From the IMG/VR virus record IMGVR_UViG_3300042301_004035: a stretch of DNA of 64,000 nucleotides; one strand, 5' to 3'. Made by a program: the position numbers and the translations under genes. Each line of letters starts with the position of its first letter. Position 1 is the stretch's first letter. Of this stretch, positions 31,666 through 41,125 are shown in pieces. Origin of the DNA: a virus. Its lineage: Duplodnaviria > Caudoviricetes. The notes beneath the pieces are model-generated. The model saw only the letters and a list, made by a program, of their open reading frames with translations, was not told the origin of the DNA and searched no databases.

Positions 31666-32082
31666 TTAACTAATATCTTCTAAAAGCTTCATTAAACCTT
31701 TTTGAAGTTTTTCTTGAACTTCACTATCTTGCATAGCGTTAACAAAAGTGCTTACTTCTCTCATTTCATCTGGAGATAAATAGGAAGATATTTTATATCT
31801 TGAACCTTTACAGACATCACAGTAAGGCTCTGATCTATCAACGTAGCAAACACATTTTTCTAGAATGTCAAAATACTCTAACGCATCTGCTATGTTTAAC
31901 CATTTGTTCTTAAACAATTTTTTTGTTTGCTCTTTATAAGCCCTCAGCTTATATTGATCATTAGACAACAATGTTCCCATATCTAAAGAATTTTTCATCA
32001 ATTCATTAATGCTTTTATACAAAAAATTTGCTAGTTGAAAATCACCATTAACATCTGTATAACTCTTCCAATCATTCATCAC
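31666..32082 (-). CDS. Hypothetical protein
   Basis: 138 aa with CVC...CDVC. Confidence 0.6.
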   Translation of the reverse strand: MMNDWKSYTDVNGDFQLANFLYKSINELMKNSLDMGTLLSNDQYKLRAYKEQTKKLFKNKWLNIADALEYFDILEKCVCYVDRSEPYCDVCKGSRYKISSYLSPDEMREVSTFVNAMQDSEVQEKLQKGLMKLLEDIS

Positions 32083-32100
32083 ATTTCCTAACTTTTTTAT

Positions 32101-32460
32101 TTATGGGTTTCTACCTGATCCTGGCCTTGCCCTTGTCATTGGACTTGGGCCACCTCTTGATCCACTACTTCTACCATTATACATGCCCATTGTTCCAAGG
32201 CCAATGGCTCCAGCTGCATACCTTCCCCCAACTTGTCTTTGTCTTGCAGATATTGATTGTGCCCTGTGTTTTGCAGCAAATTCTGGACTATACCTATCCA
32301 TTGGGTGTAAGGTTTTCCCTACACCCCTAAACATCTTCTTTTCTACTCTGCCCGCTATTTTTGCTCCGCGTGGAGTATCAACATATCTTCCAGCTGCGCC
32401 TGCACCTAAACCAAGTTTATCTAAAACATATGGAAGTTTTTTACCTGGTAAAGCTGGCAT
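32101..32460 (-). CDS. Small basic Gly/Arg-rich protein
   Basis: Coupled ORF with a Gly-rich hydrophobic patch and basic tail. Confidence 0.55.
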   Translation of the reverse strand: MPALPGKKLPYVLDKLGLGAGAAGRYVDTPRGAKIAGRVEKKMFRGVGKTLHPMDRYSPEFAAKHRAQSISARQRQVGGRYAAGAIGLGTMGMYNGRSSGSRGGPSPMTRARPGSGRNP

Positions 32461-32461
32461 G

Positions 32462-32668
32462 TTAGTAGTTCCTTATTCCTTTTTGTGAACCTGGCATTCT
32501 TTGCCCAGTTCCAGAACCTCTACGGCCCCTCATGGCCCCATAGCCAAAAACTGCTCCAGCTCCAATGGCCATGCTCTTCTTAGGGTTTTTTTTGATGGCT
32601 GCGCCAATTGATCGACCACTAGTTTTTGTGCGAGCAACTGCTCCAGAAAGTCTTGTTGCTTCTCCCAT
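32462..32668 (-). CDS. Small basic Gly/Arg-rich protein
   Basis: AGGAG RBS; architecture resembles 32101..32460. Confidence 0.55.
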   Translation of the reverse strand: MGEATRLSGAVARTKTSGRSIGAAIKKNPKKSMAIGAGAVFGYGAMRGRRGSGTGQRMPGSQKGIRNY

Positions 32669-32712
32669 AGAAACTCCTAATCTAATACTTAATATTAATA
32701 GTAATGACTCAG

Positions 32713-34128
32713 TTATGTGGTTTTTACTTTTTTAGCTGGTTTAATAACTGTAAAGTGAAAGTTGTCATCCAAATAGTCTAAAGTAAATGTTGTACCTTTA
32801 GGAACTGATGTATTAACTATAGTCTTGGCTAATGAGGTTTCTATCTTATCTCTACGAACTTGAGCCAATCCTCTTGCCCCCTTGACAGTATCAATTCCTC
32901 TGTCAATCAAACCATTGATAACATTTTGATTATATTCAATATTAAAACCTTTTTTGTTTAATTTGTCAGAAATTATTCGCATTTCTAATTCAGCTATTCT
33001 TTCGCAGTCAGCTCTAGTTAAATGATTAAACACAACAACTTTATCAATTCTATTTAATAATTCAGGTCTAAAGTATTTTCTTGCTGCGTCCATCGTGTTT
33101 CTTTCAACCATGGACTTTAGCGGAATTGCAGATGTGGACCCTTGATAGTTTACATTCTTATTAAAACCTGTTCCAGTGCCGATCATATGATCCACTGTTT
33201 TTTCGTTACCAAGATTAGTTGTTAATATTATTATGGTATTTCTAAAGTCTACTTTTTCACCTTTTCCGTCGGTAATGATTCCTTCGTCAAATACTCTTAA
33301 GAATGTATTCCAAATATCTGGGTGAGCTTTTTCCACTTCATCTATAAGCACTACTGAGTTCGGATTTTTTTGGATCTGGTTAACCAACTGTCCACCCTCA
33401 TCATGGCCGACATAACCTGGCGGCGAACCTATTAGCTTTTGGTTCTCATGTTTTTGTTGAAATTCACCACAATCTATTCTTACCATCGGATAATCTAATG
33501 TAAATAAATATTCGTGCAATGTTCTTGCCAAATGTGTCTTACCTACGCCTGAAGCGCCGGCAAACATAAAAACACCTAATGGTCTATTAGAATCATTTAA
33601 ACCAGCTTGAGATCTAATCAATGCTTCGCAAATGGATTCTACTGCTTCGTCTTGGCCGATAATACTATTCTTAAGATGATGTTCTAATCCAAGAAACTTT
33701 TGTTTACTTATCTTCTTGGCAGTTTGTACTGCTTTATCTTGCCCCTTAGAACCTTTTTTATCTTTTACTTTACTGAGTATATTTTTTAGTTCTTCAAAAT
33801 TTCTATCTGTAGATAGATCATATTCCTCAGCACCAAACGAATAAGCAATAGCAACCCAGTAGTCTATGTCCAATCCAGGATTTAGCATTACGCAACCTGT
33901 GTATAGTGCTTCTACACATCTTTCTGCATCTGGTCTAGACATCAACCCCAATGCTTGGGATATTTCTGTTTTTAAATTAAAAATTACATATTGAAGAACT
34001 TTTCTTCTTCGTTCTTTTTCTGTCTTGGCATTTACTTGTGAAACAAACGATTCTATTTCTTCTGGTTCTAATACTTTGTATTTAACGTATGCGTTAAGAT
34101 CCGGAACATATATTTGGTATATCTTCAT
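32713..34128 (-). CDS. ClpA/ClpB-family AAA+ ATPase with a single (D2-type) nucleotide-binding domain
   Basis: IIGQDEAV, GASGVGKT, RIDCGEF..KH...KLIGSPPGYVG, LIDEVEKAHPD, FRPELLNRID. Confidence 0.9.
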   Translation of the reverse strand: MKIYQIYVPDLNAYVKYKVLEPEEIESFVSQVNAKTEKERRRKVLQYVIFNLKTEISQALGLMSRPDAERCVEALYTGCVMLNPGLDIDYWVAIAYSFGAEEYDLSTDRNFEELKNILSKVKDKKGSKGQDKAVQTAKKISKQKFLGLEHHLKNSIIGQDEAVESICEALIRSQAGLNDSNRPLGVFMFAGASGVGKTHLARTLHEYLFTLDYPMVRIDCGEFQQKHENQKLIGSPPGYVGHDEGGQLVNQIQKNPNSVVLIDEVEKAHPDIWNTFLRVFDEGIITDGKGEKVDFRNTIIILTTNLGNEKTVDHMIGTGTGFNKNVNYQGSTSAIPLKSMVERNTMDAARKYFRPELLNRIDKVVVFNHLTRADCERIAELEMRIISDKLNKKGFNIEYNQNVINGLIDRGIDTVKGARGLAQVRRDKIETSLAKTIVNTSVPKGTTFTLDYLDDNFHFTVIKPAKKVKTT

Positions 34129-34286
34129 TTTGTGCTCCGTTCATGTTTTAAAAATTAAGATTCTATATATTAATATAATATATTATTATATATATACATA
34201 TTATTTATAACATATATGTATATAGTAAGGGGGTAGGGGGTAGGGGGTAAAATCCCAGTCTACTATTTTTTTCTCTTTACTTCAAG

Positions 34287-34460
34287 TCACTTGCCAATTT
34301 TTTTTATGTTTTCTATTTCAGGCTGTCCCTGATCGCAAGGTCCCGCGTATGCCCAGTACTTAATAAGGTCAGTTACGTTATTAAATCTATTCTTAAGCAA
34401 ATATACTGCTCTGTAAAAATTGTCATCTAATTCTATTTTGCGTTGCATTTTGTATCCCAT
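34287..34460 (-). CDS. Hypothetical protein, 57 aa (not in the track)
   Basis: Manual translation MGYKMQRKIELDD...; TGgTATAAT upstream. Confidence 0.45.
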   Translation of the reverse strand: MGYKMQRKIELDDNFYRAVYLLKNRFNNVTDLIKYWAYAGPCDQGQPEIENIKKIGK

Positions 34461-34513
34461 CTGTATATAATTTCTTGTAGTAATTATACCATCTAGATTA
34501 GGAGACCCTCACA

Positions 34514-34693
34514 ATGAGCAAAACAATAAAGCCATCATTTACTTATCTTAAGCAGTTAACTAAGTTGCGCGAACAAGTAAGACAATCAATGCTTGGTCAA
34601 GATCCACAAACTCAAGCTGAACTTAGATTTGTTGAAGCTAAAGTTGTGGACAAGATGAAGGAAGTCCAAGCAGCTTTAGCAATGAAAGTATGA
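34514..34693 (+). CDS. Hypothetical protein, 59 aa (not in the track)
   Basis: AGGAG RBS; MSKTIKPSFTYLKQL... Confidence 0.55.
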   Translation: MSKTIKPSFTYLKQLTKLREQVRQSMLGQDPQTQAELRFVEAKVVDKMKEVQAALAMKV

Positions 34694-34705
34694 TAGAATA
34701 TCTCT

Positions 34706-35692
34706 ATGGATGAATCAAAAGCTTTAGAAGTAATCATCGCTCAATTAGAGCGTCAATTTGGTGCCGGATCCGTAATTACTCTCGGGTCTACCAATGTGCA
34801 AAAATGGCCTTGTATCCCCACCGGTGCTGCTACGCTAGATAATATTCTCGGCATAGGCGGCTTACCTAGAGGGAGAATAGTGGAAATATATGGACCAGAG
34901 TCTTCCGGTAAATCCACCATTGCTCTTACTGTTATTACAGAAGCTCAAAAAATGGGCTTGAAGTGTGCTTATATAGATGCCGAGCATGCTTTAGACCCAA
35001 TTTACATGACCGCTTTAGGCGTGGATTTAGATAAGTTAATCTTTTCTCAACCAGATTACGGCGAGCAAGCTTTAGAAATAGTTGACCGTCTTGTACGCTC
35101 AGGTGAAGTGGGAGTTGTCGTAATTGACTCTGTTGCTTCACTCATTCCAAAAGCAGAGCTAGAAGGTGAGATGGAGTCCGCTCAGATGGGCCTACAAGCT
35201 CGTCTAATGGCCAAAGCGATGCGAAAGCTAGTTTCGGCCGCATCCGAGACAAAAACGCTCCTATTGTTTATAAATCAGTTGCGCAACAAAATTGGTGTTA
35301 TGTTTGGTAATCCCGAAACCACTCCTGGTGGTATGGCTCTTAAGTATGCTGCCTCGGTACGCATTGACTTGCGTAAGAAGGAAGATCTTAAGGATAAATC
35401 TGGTGAGGCAATAGGAATCAAGGTTAAGGCTAAGATTATTAAAAACAAAATGGCTCCTCCACTAAAAATTACAGAATTTGACATTCTTTACGGTAAGGGC
35501 GTGGATCAATTTGGCTGCTTGTTTGATCTTGCTTTGGGCCAAGGTATGTTCACTCAAAAAGGTGCTTGGGTTTATCTTGATGGTGAAAACTTTGCTCAAG
35601 GTAGAGACAACGCTGTAGAAAAATTAAAATCTAGAGAAGATCTTATTATTAAGATTAAGTCTAACCTAGAGGTTAAATCACCCAATTTATAA
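34706..35692 (+). CDS. recA: RecA recombinase
   Basis: GRIVEIYGPESSGKST, YIDAEHALDP, QARLMAKAMRKL, NQLR.KIGVMFGNPETTPGG.ALK. Confidence 0.97.
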   Translation: MDESKALEVIIAQLERQFGAGSVITLGSTNVQKWPCIPTGAATLDNILGIGGLPRGRIVEIYGPESSGKSTIALTVITEAQKMGLKCAYIDAEHALDPIYMTALGVDLDKLIFSQPDYGEQALEIVDRLVRSGEVGVVVIDSVASLIPKAELEGEMESAQMGLQARLMAKAMRKLVSAASETKTLLLFINQLRNKIGVMFGNPETTPGGMALKYAASVRIDLRKKEDLKDKSGEAIGIKVKAKIIKNKMAPPLKITEFDILYGKGVDQFGCLFDLALGQGMFTQKGAWVYLDGENFAQGRDNAVEKLKSREDLIIKIKSNLEVKSPNL

Positions 35693-35706
35693 GGTACAAT
35701 TATACT

Positions 35707-36564
35707 ATGTCTATGTATAAAGAATCTTTTAGAAAAAATCCAAATATAAAACAATTAGCTCCTAAATTGTTTATATATAAAAATTTTATAAAAGATGATT
35801 TATTAAAAAAAATAAACTCTATTTTAAAAGAACATTTAAAAGACTCAAACATTCAACATAATCAAGATTGGTACAACTCAAGAGTTACCCCCTTAATTCC
35901 TGAGATGCATGAGGTTTGGGAAAAAGCCAGTGAGTTGCTCTACCCGGAGCTTTCTATGCATCCACAACTTTCCCTATTAAGGTCCAAGGTTGGTCAACCA
36001 GGCATGTATCATCATGCAGATGCTCCTGGGGCAGTTCATGAAGATTGTGGTCCAGTTTGTGAAACATGCGATATATCTTCAAGGGTTTTAATTTCTCCGG
36101 ATATGTGGGGCACGTGTTGCCGTCTTCATTATGGGTTAATTGTTTATTTTGGAGATTTTGAAGGTGGAGAAGTATATTATCCAAATTTTAATAATAAACT
36201 AGAATTTGTAGGAGGACTTTTACCTCTTGATAATGGTGAAGAACTTTTGGTTAAACCAGAAAATGGAGATTTAATAATTCATGGATCACATGGAGATTAT
36301 TGCCATGGAGTTAAAGAAGTCACTAGCGGGGTGCGTTTTGCGTACTCAAACTTTGTATTACCGTCGTCTAGTAACCCTGGTACATTTTTCTGTTACAAAA
36401 CTGCAGAGTACGAACAGCAAATAAAAAATATAAAAGAAGATCCACACAATAGATGGTCGACTTGGTGCACTCCTGTAAATGGATTTATTTGGGAGGAACC
36501 CCTGGAACTTATAGAGGAAAAGAAAAAGGGGATAACCGCTGTAAGATACAGGGATATTCATTAA
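35707..36564 (+). CDS. 2OG-Fe(II) dioxygenase with a Cys-rich insert
   Basis: HAD...CGPVCETC...GTCC..HYGLIVYFGDFEGGE...HGV...GVRF. Confidence 0.8.
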   Translation: MSMYKESFRKNPNIKQLAPKLFIYKNFIKDDLLKKINSILKEHLKDSNIQHNQDWYNSRVTPLIPEMHEVWEKASELLYPELSMHPQLSLLRSKVGQPGMYHHADAPGAVHEDCGPVCETCDISSRVLISPDMWGTCCRLHYGLIVYFGDFEGGEVYYPNFNNKLEFVGGLLPLDNGEELLVKPENGDLIIHGSHGDYCHGVKEVTSGVRFAYSNFVLPSSSNPGTFFCYKTAEYEQQIKNIKEDPHNRWSTWCTPVNGFIWEEPLELIEEKKKGITAVRYRDIH

Positions 36565-36568
36565 TAAA

Positions 36569-37357
36569 ATGAAGTTACATTTAATGTACGTTAATGGCTC
36601 ATCTAATATAGATGGTTTGAAAAAAATTTCAGAATTAGCAAATAAATGCAACTATTATTCTGTTCTTTTAGTTTATCATTCTTTAGAAAATGATTTTTGG
36701 ATAAAATGCGCAAATGTTTTAGATACAACGCATACATTTAAATATATGATAGCAATACGAACATATGCAATAAGCCCAGAATATTTCGTTATGATGTACA
36801 GAGGCTTTAGCGAAATTCAAGAAAATAGAATAATGTTCAATATAGTATCTGGTGACATTCATGATTCTGAAACATCTGTAGATGATATTATTTTTAATAA
36901 AGAAAATTTTTATACTAGTCAAAAAAGAGTAATGTATACACATGAATGGATTAAGAAAGTATTATCTATAATAGATAAAAAAAAGGTACCAGAAATTGTT
37001 ATGTCTGGCACGTCAGATAATACTCTTAATTCAGCTTCGGTTTTTGCCGATTACAACTTGTGTATGATGGATAGTTTTGTAGATAATCCAAAAAAATTTA
37101 AAAGAAATAAGAATAGAATGGTTTGCGCTGCTCTAATAATTAGAAACACTTATGAAGAAGCAGAAAAAGTTGTAGATCAAATAAAACAAAAACATCAAAA
37201 AAGATGGACGATTTTTGGGACAGAAGAACAAGTTTTAGAAAAAATAAAATATTTGAAGAGTATTGGTGTAACTGATTTGATGATAAGAAATCATAACGAA
37301 GATAATAAATACAATTTAGTACATGAATTTGTAGCTAAAAATAAAGGAATAATTTAA
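36569..37357 (+). CDS. Luciferase-like (flavin-dependent) monooxygenase family protein
   Basis: YSVLL.Y, MIAIRTYAISP, RIMFNIVSG, FGT.EQV.EKI...GVTD pattern of the SsuD/LLM barrel. Confidence 0.7.
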   Translation: MKLHLMYVNGSSNIDGLKKISELANKCNYYSVLLVYHSLENDFWIKCANVLDTTHTFKYMIAIRTYAISPEYFVMMYRGFSEIQENRIMFNIVSGDIHDSETSVDDIIFNKENFYTSQKRVMYTHEWIKKVLSIIDKKKVPEIVMSGTSDNTLNSASVFADYNLCMMDSFVDNPKKFKRNKNRMVCAALIIRNTYEEAEKVVDQIKQKHQKRWTIFGTEEQVLEKIKYLKSIGVTDLMIRNHNEDNKYNLVHEFVAKNKGII

Positions 37358-37361
37358 TAAT

Positions 37362-38042
37362 ATGAAAAAAATATATTTGATTGGCGATTGCCATGTGTCT
37401 AGAGTCTCTGAGCATTATGGTAAGAATAAAGTAACGCCGAGTTTAGTTGATGTTGTCTTTTGGGGTAAAGCGGCAAAAAGTGTTTGGAATCTTGATTTTA
37501 AGAAAATGTATGAGGAAGAAGAATTGTCTTCAGGTAAAGAAGAACAGCTTTTCTATGGTGATGGGATTATACCATTTTCCGATATAAAAGATGACGGCAT
37601 ACTTCTTTTATGGTTTGGCTATGTTGATGTAAGGACTTTTCTTTCACGCTACGACAACGCTGATGAAGTAGCTAAAAGGTATATAAAAGAAATTGTAAAT
37701 AATTTTAAAAATTCTACTATAGTAATTATAGAGCCACTTCCACAGTTTACTGAAATGATACTTAAGTATGAGGGAATTAGTAGTCATTACACGTATCAGC
37801 AAAGATTAAATCAAAATAAAAAATTCTTAGACAGTTTGCACAAGTATGCGCATGATGCTGGAATAACTAATTTTATTTTTCAATCTGAGATTCTTGATGC
37901 AGTTGGGGTAAAAGAACTAACTCCAGATATGACCCATAATAAAGCCCCTCATCCAGTAGATGGTCTTAAGGATGAATATAATAGTAAAATATTAGATTTG
38001 TTTATTAAGAAAAGTTTGGAGCTATTAAATGATTGGTCTTGA
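37362..38042 (+). CDS. SGNH-hydrolase-like protein
   Basis: YLIGDCH (GDS-like block I) and WFGYVD block; weak match. Confidence 0.45.
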   Translation: MKKIYLIGDCHVSRVSEHYGKNKVTPSLVDVVFWGKAAKSVWNLDFKKMYEEEELSSGKEEQLFYGDGIIPFSDIKDDGILLLWFGYVDVRTFLSRYDNADEVAKRYIKEIVNNFKNSTIVIIEPLPQFTEMILKYEGISSHYTYQQRLNQNKKFLDSLHKYAHDAGITNFIFQSEILDAVGVKELTPDMTHNKAPHPVDGLKDEYNSKILDLFIKKSLELLNDWS

Positions 38043-38047
38043 ATTAG

Positions 38048-38590
38048 ATGATTAGGTTAACTGATGATATTTTATTATTTACAGATCTTTTTCAAGATTT
38101 AGATCAAATATTTTTAGATCTAGATAAGTCTGAGTGGCAATTTTGGGGCAGAAACAATAATGACCCTAATTATAGAATTGGCGAATTAAACTTTATAAAA
38201 AAAAATAGTTACATATTTGAACAGATAAATTCTGCCACCCGAATATGTTTAGACCAGTATATGGCTGAACTCAATATAAATAATGATTTATACTATTATG
38301 ATGAGGATGGGATCTATATAAGGAAATGGGACTTTCCTATGAGAGGTATGAGCGCCCACAGGGATTACGCCTATGACGGTAGCGGTAATGCAAGGCCGGT
38401 TGAGTATACGCTATGTGGATACTTAAATGAAGATTACGAGGGGGGGCTGATAGAATTCCCGGAATATGGCCTTTCGTTAAAGCCGCCGGCTGGTTCGGCT
38501 ATTGTCTTTGCTGCTCATGAGTTACATCTTGTAACAGATCTGATAGATAGACATAGATATATGTGGTCTTCTTTTGTTTACAAGAAATAA
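38048..38590 (+). CDS. 2OG-Fe(II) dioxygenase
   Basis: AHRD...YLNEDYEGG.IEFP...KPPAGS..VF...HLV...RY. Confidence 0.85.
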   Translation: MIRLTDDILLFTDLFQDLDQIFLDLDKSEWQFWGRNNNDPNYRIGELNFIKKNSYIFEQINSATRICLDQYMAELNINNDLYYYDEDGIYIRKWDFPMRGMSAHRDYAYDGSGNARPVEYTLCGYLNEDYEGGLIEFPEYGLSLKPPAGSAIVFAAHELHLVTDLIDRHRYMWSSFVYKK

Positions 38591-38685
38591 CAAATCTTTG
38601 GGCTTCCCCGCAAGTTCCGCGCAAAAATTATTTTTTTTATTTTTAACAGATTACTATAAGGGTATCATCTAGTAGAATGATGTGT

Positions 38686-38997
38686 ATGGACTTTTTCAAA
38701 AAATTGTTTGAACTTATAATCTATAATAGGGAAAACGGGGAAGAGTTAGAAGAACAGGTCTTCTTGCTTGATGATGATGACTTAGAGACTGAGAGTGTGG
38801 TTACCTTCCATCCTGATGGCAATGGTAACTTAGTATTCAATGTTTTTAGTATTGAAGTGTGGGAAATGATCGATGATATTTCCGAGCTTACCGGTAGGGA
38901 TAAATTTTCTATCATAGAGGGCTTGTGCGAAGAGGATGGTATTGAATCCTGGGTTATCGATCCTAGGGAGTTTCCTAACGATTTAAATGATCTATAA
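38686..38997 (+). CDS. Hypothetical acidic protein
   Basis: Track ORF 38677..38997; ATG 38686 lies 7 nt after TAGAAT. Confidence 0.55.
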   Translation: MDFFKKLFELIIYNRENGEELEEQVFLLDDDDLETESVVTFHPDGNGNLVFNVFSIEVWEMIDDISELTGRDKFSIIEGLCEEDGIESWVIDPREFPNDLNDL

Positions 38998-39017
38998 TAA
39001 TACTTATATAAGGATAT

Positions 39018-39051
39018 AAAAAAACCCCCCGGTATATCCAGGGGGTTTTTC
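39018..39051. terminator. Bidirectional intrinsic terminator between convergent genes
   Basis: A7-CCCCCCGG-TATAT-CCAGGGGG-T6. Confidence 0.8.
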
Positions 39052-39069
39052 TTTTATATACGTTAAATA

Positions 39070-39264
39070 TTAGTCATTATAGCCGTAGTTGTCGAAATCA
39101 TAATCTTCAACCTCAACGTAAGCTGACTTAGCTCCATAGTATGTCTTAGCGTTAAACTGATAGAAGACATCATCTTCCACGTCTAACCCTTCATAATCCT
39201 CGAACATATCCAGTTGAATATCATCCTGTGATTTTTGTGTCAACGTACTCTTGTTGTTATTCAT
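39070..39264 (-). CDS. Small acidic hypothetical protein
   Basis: Likely start MNNNK at 39264 after AAGGATAAG. Confidence 0.5.
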   Translation of the reverse strand: MNNNKSTLTQKSQDDIQLDMFEDYEGLDVEDDVFYQFNAKTYYGAKSAYVEVEDYDFDNYGYND

Positions 39265-39586
39265 TTTCTTATCCTTTTGTACTAGGCATTGATGGTTATA
39301 TGATTCTTGTACATGATATGTATATGGCAACAAAGATAATAGCAAAGCATGTTTACCTTTGACAACCTCTATCACAATATATTCCAAACTTTTTTTGCCG
39401 GCCGATTTCCTATATAGGTATAAAAATAAGGGAAAAATTTTTGATGTAAAAACATATATAAAAAAAAAACTAATAGGCTAAAAATATGGAAAAAATATGG
39501 GCCAGTAGTAGTGGGTATATACACACCCTTAAGATCTTTAACGTGCCCACCCGGGTATGGGGTCTTAACTAACAATAAGGAGCATC

Positions 39587-39760
39587 ATGTCAGTTACATT
39601 GAAGAACAAGATAACAGGAGAAGTATATCCTGCTATTGGTCATTACGAGTGGGTATTGATCAACCACATCGTAAGCAGTAAGTGCAAGGATCGTTCGTGG
39701 CACCATTGCCCTGAACACAGAGCAGAATTCATTGCTCTATTGGAAGAAGCAAGCATATAA
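39587..39760 (+). CDS. First gene of the early region, 57 aa (not in the track)
   Basis: AAGGAG RBS; MSVTLKNKITGEVYP...; followed by a terminator. Confidence 0.6.
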   Translation: MSVTLKNKITGEVYPAIGHYEWVLINHIVSSKCKDRSWHHCPEHRAEFIALLEEASI

Positions 39761-39770
39761 ATAAGTAAGA

Positions 39771-39818
39771 GATTTCCCGGGATGGTAACCCCCTGCCATC
39801 CTGGGAATCTTTTTTTTT
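39771..39818 (+). terminator. Intrinsic terminator
   Basis: GATTTCCCGGGATGGTA / TGCCATCCTGGGAATC stem followed by a long T tract. Confidence 0.8.
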
Positions 39819-40091
39819 AATGACTAGTGAACAGATCACTAATCAATGTCCATTGGTGGACACTAAACAACATGAACCATACGATAGCCATGGTATGTAA
39901 AACATTGGGCTTTATTCACTTCAAACATAGGAGATAGTCATGGACCATAACAGGACATCATATGCACGTACGTACCGTAAGTACCTACTGCATTGTGTAA
40001 AGCACAACATACCAGTAAATGCAAAGACATGTGCCTATGTAAGGGCATACCTAGTAGAAACATCAATCACCAATAAGGGAGGAAAGTAACC

Positions 40092-40445
40092 ATGTTACCA
40101 GTAACACTAACCACGTGTGAGCAGATGGCTCAGGCGTACAACACACATGCACAGTATGCCGAGGTTATTGGCAAGTACGTGTGCCATGATGGCCAGGCAG
40201 TGTGGATACAGCTTGTTGGGTGCGGTGCATCTGATAGCCATACATTCACACACACCCATAACATCCCAGAGTACATGAATAAGATGTACAATGGAAAGAT
40301 TGTCCGCCTTCTAGGTGAGCGTTCATGGGATTCACGTGCACGCATGTGGGGCTACCGCTGGACCCTTCATTCAGTAAACCTATGGGAAGAGTCAGTAAAG
40401 GCTTCTCCTGCAGGTATTAAAGCCTTGTGCGGCACTAACTGCTAA
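40092..40445 (+). CDS. Hypothetical protein
   Basis: GGAGG RBS, 117 aa. Confidence 0.6.
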   Translation: MLPVTLTTCEQMAQAYNTHAQYAEVIGKYVCHDGQAVWIQLVGCGASDSHTFTHTHNIPEYMNKMYNGKIVRLLGERSWDSRARMWGYRWTLHSVNLWEESVKASPAGIKALCGTNC

Positions 40446-40550
40446 TTAAGTACATTGTCTATTGGTAGACGTTAACTTCATGACCCAACCGTTAATCAAG
40501 AGGTTGTAAATCACATGGTTATTTATCCAATATCAATTAAGGAGAAAGCA

Positions 40551-40826
40551 ATGAGTAAAGCAACAAAAATGTTCGTTGTTCTTATTGTCGCAATTGCGGC
40601 TTTAATAGCATCGGGCTTGCTAATCAATAAGCCAACATACTGTTACGTAAGTTCAGTTGTTGCATACGAAGGAGATACTCTTTGGAGTATAGCCAAGGCC
40701 AATTGCTACGGCAATAGCACCACAAATATGGTTGGTGATATCGTGGACCTCAATCCAGAATTGAAGACTCGTTATTTGCGAATCGGTGAATCAATTAAGC
40801 TACCAACAGAAAACGCAGGAAAGTAA
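40551..40826 (+). CDS. Membrane-anchored LysM-domain protein
   Basis: N-terminal hydrophobic helix; EGDTLWSIA...I.DLNPEL...LRIGESIKLP. Confidence 0.85.
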   Translation: MSKATKMFVVLIVAIAALIASGLLINKPTYCYVSSVVAYEGDTLWSIAKANCYGNSTTNMVGDIVDLNPELKTRYLRIGESIKLPTENAGK

Positions 40827-40862
40827 ACATGTCAACAAACAACAATCCAAAAGGAGAAACGA

Positions 40863-41066
40863 ATGCCTGAAGAAAATGTACCAAAACCAAGAGTGTTCAC
40901 TGCCGAAGAAATTGTAGCAAAAATACTACAAGAAAAATTAAGCAAGAAAGCACTCATCAATGAATTGGTTTTTGCATTGAATGATGCAGAGGCAAACAAG
41001 CAAGAAAAAGATGCAGACATCTACTGGAATGCAATTATGGTCTTGACGAAAGGCCGAATGCTCTAA
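40863..41066 (+). CDS. Hypothetical protein
   Basis: AAAGGAG RBS. Confidence 0.55.
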   Translation: MPEENVPKPRVFTAEEIVAKILQEKLSKKALINELVFALNDAEANKQEKDADIYWNAIMVLTKGRML

Positions 41067-41125
41067 GATAGATTTTTGCAATCAACAGAAAACAGTAAGC
41101 CAAAAAACAACAAAGGAGAAAAGTA

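Noticed and set aside
39372-39575. Track ORF MLVKTPYPGGHV... on the minus strand
   Set aside because: Spans A/T tracts of the putative terminus region; low-complexity translation and no RBS.
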